DNA of 64,000 nt from Amoebidium appalachense (taxonomy: Eukaryota > Protista > Ichthyosporea), in NCBI GenBank assembly GCA_963693365.1, contig CAVNZM010000014.1:930001-994000 (forward strand). The letters run 5' to 3'. Both the position numbers and the translations under genes were made by a program. Position 1 is the first letter of the stretch; each line of letters begins with the position of its first letter. Shown here piece after piece: positions 42,389-64,000 of this stretch. Below the pieces are notes generated by a model. The model saw nothing but the letters and a program-made list of their open reading frames with translations. It searched no databases and was not told where the DNA came from.

Positions 42389-43128
42389 CGCCTCCCCCCC
42401 CCCCTCCCCCTCCCCCCCCCCCCCCCCACACACACACAGCGGCCCAGCGCAACCACCTCATGCACCTGGGCTACAGCAACGCCACCTCCTCCGCCATCAA
42501 CGCAACATTCAGCATCCTCTCCTACCTCTCACCCATTCTTGGTGGTTGGCTAGCCGATGCTATTTTTGGGCGCTACAAAGTGATCATTGGTTTCTCCACA
42601 CTTTACTGTGTGGGTGTGACTTTTGCATCAATTGCTGCCCTGCCGTCTGTCGACAGCAAAGGGATGTACCTGGCGGCTGTAATGGGACTGATTGCACTCG
42701 GGTCTGGAGGCATCAAACCGAATATTGCAAACTTCGGCGGTGACTAGTAAGTGTCAACCATGTATGTCCTTTCTGAAATTCTATGGATACTCGTATCAGT
42801 TTTCTGTTTAACTGTAGCACCCCCCCCCCCCCCCCCCCCCCCTCCCCCTCCTTTTCTAGATCTGTTACTCTTCTTTCTCAACACATGCATTCTGGAAGAC
42901 TGTGTTGTCATGTTTTCTCACCCGAACAAGTATTCAACAATGATTCCTTATAGACATTCATGCTGCCTACGGCGTGCGGCGCATTGTGTTGTAATTATTC
43001 AGCCTGCTTGCCCACACAAACAAAAAATTTCACCGCTTCAATGATGTATGGATGGGTGAATATGCACGTGCTCATGATAAGCAAGTTACATGTGCTAGTG
43101 CAATATGACCTACCTACTAAACGTGTTC

Positions 43129-43180
<52 letters not shown>

Positions 43181-43840
43181 TCCCTGCCCCTCTTCCCCTC
43201 CCCCTCTTCACCTCCCCCTCTCTCCCCGGAACGCCCTAACCCCCTTACCCCCCTCCCCCACCACCACTCCCTCCCCCTTCCCCTTCCCAATAACCACCCC
43301 CAGGTTTGATACGAGTATTCCCGAAAAAGCAAAACAGCAACAGACATTCTTCAGGTATCAGCCCCCTCTCTTCAATGCTCCCATTCCATGTCCATCTTCT
43401 GTCAGTTTTCACCCATGTGCACGCAACGCTAAAAATTGTTTTTCTTTTCCTCGGTTTGAACACTCGGCAGCGAACCGCCTTTCAGTTAGCATCCTCTTAC
43501 CCTCCTGTCCACCACCATCACTGATACCACACTGACACCATTGGATTTGAAAACCACTTAGTGTTCGTTTTATTATAGCTTTAGGCTCCGTGGTGTGTGT
43601 AAGTGTGTGTGTGTGTGTGGTGGTGCACCATTAGGGGAGGGGGGAGAAGGGGGAGGGGAGGGGAGAGGAAGAAAGCGAAGGTTAGGGGGGGGGGGGGGGG
43701 GGACGAAGGGTTGATGCTGCAAAGAATCGAGTTGTGTCTTCTCGTTAAGGTACCCTACGATTTCACCTACGATCAATCTGATACACAAACTAACTAACCT
43801 CTTCACTCGACCCTTGATACAAACACGCACGCACGCACAT

Positions 43841-43918
<78 letters not shown>

Positions 43919-44826
43919 TTACTTCTATCTGTGCATCAACGTTGGTGCGGGCCTTGCCTACGGCTACCTAGTCACCCTAGCCACCAACGGAGCCCCCCCA
44001 ACCATCCCCCAAGAGTACGGATTTTTCGCCACATATCTTGTTGGAGCAGTGTCTTTCTGACAAGCTTGCATTTGTAATTTTCCTTCTGGGGTCAAGCCGC
44101 TACATCAAGCAACTTCCGGGAGGCGGCTCTCTCCGTGGACTCACTTACTACATTTGGTGCGGTGCGGGGCACTCCCTTAAAGGAAAAATCGCGCTTCTCG
44201 GATGGATTTCGATGATTGTTTTTCTTGTTCTTGCCGTTATGGCACCGTTCCTGGGTGGGAATGCAAAGGCAAACACCCCCTACGTGCTATTGGCTGTTGC
44301 ATTCTTGGCGTGCACGTGCCTTGTGGTGGCACACATGGACAACAACCACATGAATGGAATTCCTGACCACCCGGAGGTGAGTGCTGATTGGTTGACGGCA
44401 CGTTGTATTGTAGTTCGTCTATTGGTTGATATCGTAACGCCTCTTAATAGTAACCTGATATTTTTTATAGCCATCCCTCGTCCTCCCTAACAAGACAGTT
44501 GATGCCCCGTCTCCTTTTTATGTTTCAGAGATTCATGGCCATCCAAGGCTCTTCTGCTATCCTGTTGGGTCCAAAGGATTCAAAACTTCGCCCCCCCCTC
44601 CCCCCCTCGCTCGTTCCTTCTCTGACCTACATACCTTCCCCGCTCATCTCAGAAAATCCCGCCCTTTGTCTTCCTCCCGCCCCCCCCCCCAAAAAAAATA
44701 AATAAAAAAAAAAATACCGGTCCCCACCACTCATCCTAGAATCCCTCCCACCCACAACCCGCACACAAACACACCTGCCCAGATACAAGTGCCCCCGCTG
44801 CACCATCACCCTCCCCCCCCCCCCCC

Positions 44827-44870
<44 letters not shown>

Positions 44871-46499
44871 TTCCCCCCCCTTCCCCCCCTTCCCCTTTCA
44901 TCTCGGCGCAGCTCTCTACCTTCACTTTACCACCCATATTGCACCCACTCCCTCCACATACACTTCCATCAAATGCTCATTCGCTCTTTTTCTCCGACCA
45001 ATTCAGGATCTCCTTTCACTCAGAGAGGCCCAGGCTACGCTGGACACCATCCCCACTGTGCTGCTGGCCAACGTGACCTTCTCCATGGGCTACAACGCTA
45101 TGAATGGGCCCCTACAGAGCACATCGTGCCAGAGTGCGTGCTGCATGTGTGCATATATAGTCGTGTTTTGTATCATGATTTTTTTCATTCTTTTTTTTTT
45201 CAAAAGGTTTGTTTTCCCGGAGGGGGGGGGGGGGAGGGGGGGGGGGGGGGGGGGGCGGCTGGGGAGGTGGAGGAGGCATGGGGATGTTAGGAGTTAGGGA
45301 GAGGAGGGGGGAGGAAGAGGCCCATGGATAAATTCATGGATGAAGGGTGTGGAGAATCGAGACTGGATCCATGGAAAGGGGAATTCCCATTAATTCTAGT
45401 GTTTGAGGCAAGAGAGAAGGATGCTCTGTGGGCGGAAGATTGAGAGAGACAAAAAGAAAGAGTGGCAGGAAATGGTTGTGAGCTTACGACGGTAGCCTTT
45501 TAAAGAAAATGTGTTTTTAACACTTATAGCATACCTTCTATTGCCCCCCCTCCCCCCCTCCCCCCTCCCCCCGCCCCTCCTCCTCCCCGTGGTAATGAGG
45601 CCCACTGACACGTGTCTTTACACACAGTGGATCTCCGTGTTGGTGACTCTCAGATCAACGGTGCTTTCTTCAACGTTGCAGGCGAGAATCCCGCACCCCC
45701 CCTCCCCAACCACCCACCCAATCCGCTGTCAACCTTAACGCATTTCTTGCCGCCTTTCTAACCCCCTTCCCCCCCCCCCCCCCCCCCCCCCCCCTTCCCC
45801 CCCCCCCCCTCCCCCCCCCCCCCCCCGCTCCCGGCAATGGCGCCTTATCCCATCAACAAAGAGCCCTCCACCTTGCGCCTATATAGGCTTTTCTATCACT
45901 CTCGATATCTTTCCTCCTTTCACCCTCTAGCACTAATTTTTCTCTCTCACCCTTGCTCTATTGCTTGATAACGTTATATCTGCCCCCCCACCCTCCTCCT
46001 CCCCCTTTCGAATTCCCTCCCCTCCTCCCCCTTCCAATCCTCATGTTCCTACCCCCCCCACTCTCTCTTTCAGCCCCATCCCCCACAATCACACCACGGA
46101 TGTACTAACTGCTTTTTGCACACAGACTGTGCCGCCATCGTCATCTTCGTTCCCATTCTCGAAAATTTCCTCATCCCAATGTACCGTCGCATCTTCAAGA
46201 GGGATGTCACGGGTTTCCAGTGTCTTACTATGGGATTTCTGTGTGTCGTTTTGGCCATGATCGTAGCTACAATCGTCGAAATTAAACGCCGAAATGCGCC
46301 TGTTTTGGTAAACGAGGCTGATTCAAACTGTGCCCCTGAGGGAATCAAAATGACAGACATGTCTGCTTTCATCATGTTTGTGCCTTTTACCCTTATCGGG
46401 TTTGGGGAGGTTTTCAACACGCCCTTTCTCTACTACTTCACCTATGAGCAGACGCCGCCCCGTGCCCGTTCCATTTCTCAGGTAAGACCGACTCCTCAG

Positions 46500-46535
<36 letters not shown>

Positions 46536-47285
46536 TCCTCCCCCCCCCCCCCCCCCCCCTCCCTCCACCCCCCGGATACCTTGGTTCCGTTTCCCTGTCA
46601 ATGATCACCCTTGTGGACTCTCCAAACTTGCTAAGAATAGCTCGGGGGAAAAAATTATTCATGTCTTAGTTCTACTTGATAGGCATTTTAGCAATATCCA
46701 AACCATCATGATCACGCAAATTGGATTGCATGCTTGTATACTCCCCCATGGGGCATGTGAATGCGTACCCGGTATTGCTTGCTGTAACGAGCACATGCCT
46801 AATGCCTGATTGGATATGTGCCAACCCTTTTGCATGTTTGTGTAAACAGCTCCATAGCACATACGAACCATTACCACAAAGGCACACACCCACTTGCACA
46901 ACATTTCTACCGCACACATGCACACAAACCCTTTATTAGCACGTGTAAATCTACACCCCTCTACCCACTTCTGAAGCTCAAACCCATTGTTCCCCACAGG
47001 CCTTCAACCTTCTTGCCATGGGCTCGATCAGCACCGGGTTTCACAACCGGAATCACCCTTGCCCTAATCGACTTCTACACTGACGATCTGAACGATGGGA
47101 GATTGGAATATTTGTACTATGTTTCCGCTGCAGGGTGCCTTACTGGAATCCTACTCACCTGGTTGGCTAGCCGGAAATTCAAGCCTAAGAACTATACGGA
47201 GGAAGGTTTGGCTAATAATATGGCTCAGGACACGGTTACAACTGTTGGTGCTGCACCCGATGGATTCCAAGGCGATAAGAAATAA
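41482..47285 (+). pseudogene. POT/PTR (SLC15-like) proton-dependent oligopeptide transporter, multiply disrupted
   Basis: Exons ~41482-41486, 41603-41750, 42440-42746, 43304-43354, 43919-44376, 45007-45133, 45628-45681, 46126-46481, 47000-47285. Motifs EAAERLCYY, PILGGWLADAIFGRYK, GSGGIKPNIANFGGD, FYLCINVG, GEVF...YEQTP. Lesions: frameshift ~41693, TAG at the GDQF Gln, acceptor AT at 43917-43918, frameshift plus TGA at 44058, frameshift ~47036. Confidence 0.85.
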
Positions 47286-48003
47286 AATGATTTTTTTGAA
47301 GTGATATAGGAAAATGAATCGGATTATTGTGGTATGGTGACACCGACATTTACTGGTTCAGTGTGTTTATGTTAGGACTGCATCATTTTATGTTAGCAAT
47401 GATCTATTATAGGACTACCTTTCAATAGCCTAAAAAGCTACTAAGGCGGTGTGTTAAATATTTGCATTTGCATAGACTGATATTGGGCGTCCTGCCGACC
47501 CGTTTGTTCATAATCATGAGTATTCCTACGAGCACCTCTTTGGAATTGCTTTTCAAGTCTGCTCAACAGTTAGCACCATAGCCACTGTATCGGATTCCTT
47601 AACCCGGTATACTATATTACACGTGTATTTATTATGTGAAGACATTGATGTTTCATCATTAAACAACTCCTCCTTGTTCCATCTATTTATGCCTTGCGTT
47701 GTTTTCTCAGCAATCTAACCTTGGCCACCAGATGTCCAAATGCACACATCCGATTGAAAACCATGGATTGAACCAAGCTGCCGGGTGTCCTAAGTTGTAT
47801 CTGTGATGGCTCTTCGGAATCCCCCCCCCCCCCCCCCCCCCCCTCCCCCCAACAACAACACAAACACACAAACACACACCACAAAAAAAGAGGAGTCTGG
47901 AGAAGGAGAGGTCTTTTTAGTACGTCCACTCATATATTTACACATCCTCACCACGACGGGCACATCCATATAGCACACACAAACACAAATCGTCACTAGT
48001 GTA

Positions 48004-48037
<34 letters not shown>

Positions 48038-48795
48038 TTCCCGCGAGGCTCCCCCTTCCTTTCACCTCAGGGTTGGCAACCTTAACACACCCTGTGTGAT
48101 GATTGAACTTGCATTAAAAAAAAAAAAGCCTTAGGAGTTCCGTGACTCAGCGCTCCGTAAACATCCTACCTATCGGCAGTCTGAACGGGAAAAAAAACAA
48201 TATGGGTTACCATACTACTACTCTTTCGGTCTAATAGGTGCCTCTGTCGTGGATAACTTGATAAGCACTACACAGTGTCTCAGAGGTTACAGCTGCTACT
48301 AATAAATACCGACTAATACACAGGTGTAGGGCCGCACAAGCAAATTGAATATCTCGCGCTTGGCCATGAGCAAGGAACTAATGCAATAATCGTGCCGTGA
48401 GACGTAAGTTTCCTAATATGGAAACGGATGCTACTCGTTACTCGTTGGCCCCAACTTGAACAGCCATTGTAAGAGACGGCTAAAAGAACGTAAAATACAT
48501 CAGGTATTAGGATGCTGCGAGACATAAAAAACCTTTTTTCCCCTCAAGGCCTAAACTTTGAAAAAATGGGCAACAGCTCGTTATAAAATGTGCAATCCCA
48601 TTGGTGCCCACCACAGTGTCCGTTTGCGCAGAAGGCCGCCCGTTGCAAATGATTCCATATGCAAAGATTTTGCCAACATTTTTATATTCCGTTTCACGGT
48701 GAAGAACGATGTCACCAGAAAACAGACATAAGAATATGTATACACCTTATAGGCATGTACTTTCACGACTCATCTCACTCTCTCTCTCTTTGACT

Positions 48796-48827
<32 letters not shown>

Positions 48828-49224
48828 CCCATCCCCCCGCTCCCCCCCCCCCACACCGGCAGGAATCTATGTAACAAAGCATTCAACACAAACGCACAGA
48901 CGTATAAGCGCGCGCGCGCACACACACACACACACACACGTGTGCACCCTCACCCACTCACTCACACACGTGTACACACACACGCACACGCACACACACA
49001 CACACACGCTTACTACACCGTATACAGGCACAAACCACAAGCACACACACACGCACACGGTCAGTTGGACATTGCATTCACACACCCCTTTGAGCCCTCG
49101 ACGGCTGCCTCGCGCCCTGGGTCCGCAACCCGGTGGAAGTCGATCTGGGCCTTTTCAATATCAAAAAGTTTCCCCGGTATTCCATGGACACGGCACCCAG
49201 CCCACCTCTCCTAATACACGTTCG

Positions 49225-49267
<43 letters not shown>

Positions 49268-49350
49268 GCTCCCCCCCCTCCCCCCCCCCCCCCCCCCCGT
49301 CCGCCCCATCCCCCGCCCCCGCTCACCCACCCACCCACCCAAGACGCACG

Positions 49351-49443
<93 letters not shown>

Positions 49444-49667
49444 TGACACACACGCACGGTCACCCACCCACCCGCCCACCCACCCACACACACATGTACA
49501 CACACACACACACACACACATACACACACACACACACACACACTGTGACACACACGCACGGTCACCCACACGCACGGTCACCCACCCACCCGCCCACCCA
49601 CCCACACACACATGTACACACACACACACACACACACATACGCACACACACACACGCACACGCACAC

Positions 49668-50393
<726 letters not shown>

Positions 50394-50899
50394 AAAAAAA
50401 AAAAGAAAAAAACTATTAAAAAAACTTGCAAGCTTCTGATCATGATCAGCTGTTTTATCATGAATTTACCCGCCAAAAAAAGAAAAGCAGCCAATAAAGT
50501 GAGTTTGCAAAATTCGCATGCCAAGGCCAATCAAAATCTTTCAGCGTACATCTGATAACAAGCGATGTAAGGGCTGCAACAAAATCGTTGTTTATCGCCA
50601 ATAAAAAACGGAGCAAACTGAGATATAGGGCTCGTACAGACTTGCTGAAAGCAAATCACTAAATCGGTAATCTGTTCTATTTAAATATTTTTGGCTACAC
50701 AAGTTTAGCTGAAACAAACAGCTTCCAGAGATCTACAAAAAAATTTCTCATGCTAGTTCACTCGAATTTGCCCTTTTCCCAACTATTTCTTCTCCATCGA
50801 TATCATTGGTGAGCCGTTTCGCAAACGCGCCACCTCGCTAGTCTAAACGTTGACTTAGTTCTCATATTTTTCTGGGTGTTTAGGGTCTTGTAGAACCCA

Positions 50900-50955
50900 A
50901 AATGACGTCAAATACACAGACTAGTTGAAGATGGGTGTGCGCAAATTATAAAAGG
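50900..50955 (+). promoter_or_regulatory. Putative trpB promoter
   Basis: TGACGTCA near 50903 and TATAAAA 50947-50953, about 125 nt before ATG 51077; CCAAT motifs near 50491 and 50527. Confidence 0.5.
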
Positions 50956-51076
50956 AGACTCGGAGCTTCGAACACGCTGTTCACAAAGTTTCTCTTGGCG
51001 GTGTGCTTTGTGCTTCGTTCTCTCCGAGGCCTTTTCACTTTGTAGTTTGGAAGAACTAAACAACAACTACAGCAAA

Positions 51077-61627
<10,551 letters not shown>

Positions 61628-62036
61628 TGGTCCTAAGTGCAGTGCTAGCCCCCTCAGTCTGACTTGGTTTTTTTTTTGTCAACACTCAGACTGAGTAGCA
61701 AAGCACAACTCTTCGTGGCCCATGAATATAGATGCTTTTCGCTAATGGCCTGAGTGTCCCTGTGGCAGCAATCATTCTCTCTCTCCTGATGAATTGCTGC
61801 TAACAAACACCATTTAATAGAGCACGAGGAAAAAAACATATAGATATTATGTATAGTTAGTAATTACGACATGTTTTTTTCTTCGTGCTTCTAATCGTAG
61901 GCTACGTAGCTGGTAGTATACACACCAGTCGGCAATCTTTTTAGTCCTACAGATAGGTGAAAGCTCTCATCTTACGGCTCCAATAAAGTCGGTATGGCCA
62001 TGGCATCACTCCACACATGTACCGGTGGCCAACCCG

Positions 62037-62084
<48 letters not shown>

Positions 62085-63363
62085 TCCCCCGGCCGCCGCC
62101 GCCTCCGAGAACCTCCTTTTGTTATTATCCTCTGTATTCAATACAGTAGGTAGATTTACAGGACGGCTCAGGGATCACGCTACCGGTTCTGGCATGATTG
62201 AAAGGTGTACGGCCGCGGACCGGAGCACCCAATACACTGATGAGATGACAGCTCTATTGTACTGTATGGTCTCCTCAATTCGGGGTGCAGGCAAACGTTG
62301 CGTCTCGGCCTGTACGGTATGCCCCGTGCATGGTCCTAAGTTGGCAAGTTCGCAGCAAGGCCTCCTATAACTTGAATCTAGGTGGCCTTGGCCTCAGGCA
62401 GGTAAGCCAGGCTGGCTGGCTGCCAGCTGCAGCTGAGTCACTGATGTGTAGGCAGTGGTGTAGACAGCCTCGTGCTAAGCCCGGTACTTTGTAGCAACGA
62501 TTTACGCCCAATCAAAGTGTGTTTATGACGAATGCATTTATGATTGGTTTAGAAGGCATCCGTTGCTCAATCTCCTAAGATCAAAGGCTGTGAGGCTCTC
62601 TGTGGCGGATTACGAAAGTTTTGCAGAGTTAGCATAACTCGTTATGGGGATTCGCTTCTCTTGATTACCGTAACAGGTAAAGGATAAGGAAAAGTATTAG
62701 AAGTCACGATTTAGACCCATGTACCACCTTAGTGCCGATGCTGGTGCTAGCTAAGTGCCGGTCCGAAGGGGTGAAGTAAGATTTATACTTGAAATGTTTT
62801 TCGAAAGGCTCTGAAATTCCAAATTGTGAATTTGCGATACTGTAGTTTTTTGATAAATACAATGCAAAAGTAGCTGGAAAGCAAATAGCTAATAATAAAA
62901 AAACTTTTACCATAATAAAAAGAAAGCATTTAACTACCGTATCTGAAAACAAATGGGCTGTGACGGTTTGTTTTTTGAACTTGTTTTCGATCAGTTTGAT
63001 CTGAGTTGGACCCCAAAGGCGAAATATATAGTGAACAGTTCTGACCTGCTTACCTATTGGCTGTCAACACAAACCTTCCAAATAAGGCAAGCAACCGCAG
63101 CAAACTGCGGCAGCCATAGCGGTCACCTATCCGCTGTGCGCACAAAAAACACGCGTGAGTTAGTTGCCCTTTTTTTGCGACCACACAGCGCGGCACACAC
63201 GCCGCTGTGAGCGAGGCACACATAACTGGGAAAAAAAACTGAGAAAAAACACATATGAAGAAAAGTTGACGAAGACCGAACTAAGTAATATTTTTATCTA
63301 GCGATGTGCAGTGCCAAAAACAGAGAAAACAAGGAATAGGAAACGGAAAAAGAGAGCTTCAGG

Positions 63364-63720
63364 ATGCCAGAACCGGGGGCAGAGATCTCGGCCTCCTACA
63401 CACAGGCTGGGGCTTGGGACCTGGACGTGGCGCTGAAAGAATGTAAAAACTGGATCGAGGTAAGGACAAAAAAGATGGTTATCGGTATTTGTGTCAAAGA
63501 GAATAGTTTGATTTTCAAAAGTAACAGACAGACAGTTGAGTCCAGGCAGTGCCCTCTTTGTTTTTCTGTGCAAGGCCAGGTTAGCTTTGGGGTTATAACT
63601 GATGCTGATTTCAGCCGGATTCATGGTTCTTATTTTATCATACCATCAGGCTGTCACCGGGGAACCCCTCCCGTCGACAGACTTCAAGGAGGCCATCAAG
63701 GATGGAGTACTGCTGTGCAA
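63364..63720 (+). CDS. Calponin-homology domain protein (calponin/LMO7/LIMCH1-like), first two exons; continues beyond the window
   Basis: Exons 63364-63459 and 63650-63720 give ALKECKNWIEAVTGEPLPSTDFKEAIKDGVLLC, the typical N-terminal WIE...F...KDGVLLC pattern of CH domains. Confidence 0.85.
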
Positions 63721-63948
63721 GTCAGCCCCCCCCCCCCCCCCCCCCCCCTCCCCCCTCCCCCCCCCCCCTCCCCCCCTCCCCCCCCCCCCCCCCCCCCCCC
63801 CTCCCAAAGTGAAGTATTTGGACACGCCTGAAGGGATCTGTTATACTCTCTCTTTTGTTTTGCTCTTGTGTCTTGCACATCAGAACCTTGGCACCATTAT
63901 TCGTTGTGAACGCATCTCCGTACTGTGTACCACTTCCGATTCCCCCGT

Positions 63949-63987
<39 letters not shown>

Positions 63988-64000
63988 CCTCCACCCCTCC

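Noticed and set aside
43355-43918. Minor (U12) intron explaining the AT acceptor
   Set aside because: Donor GTATCAGC lacks the RTATCCTT consensus and there is no TCCTTAAC branch site.

Overview
Intron-rich eukaryotic genomic DNA saturated with (CA)n/(TG)n microsatellites and long poly-C/poly-G tracts. Most long ORFs in the six-frame track are translations of these repeats. The gene content suggests a unicellular opisthokont, possibly a holozoan protist (inference only). Manual exon-by-exon splicing gives, on the + strand: the 3' half of a Sin3 corepressor gene with an intronic tRNA-Phe(GAA); a PB1-LIR-ZZ-UBA p62/NBR1-type autophagy receptor; a divergent GT15 (KRE2/MNT1-like) glycosyltransferase with an extra C-terminal multi-TM tail; an 11-exon orphan gene whose ten introns are all phase 2 and which carries an in-frame TAG; a POT/PTR peptide transporter with at least five lesions; a stand-alone bacterial-type tryptophan synthase beta chain split by 16 introns; and the start of a calponin-homology protein. 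The - strand has an intronless PPxY membrane-protein ORF. Non-coding highlights: a sense-oriented intronic repeat family with a covarying hairpin and a fixed end abutting poly-C, a tandem array of branch-point motifs before a micro-exon, three GC-AG introns, a solo-LTR candidate and a triplicated GC-rich unit. Several single-base frameshifts may be assembly errors.
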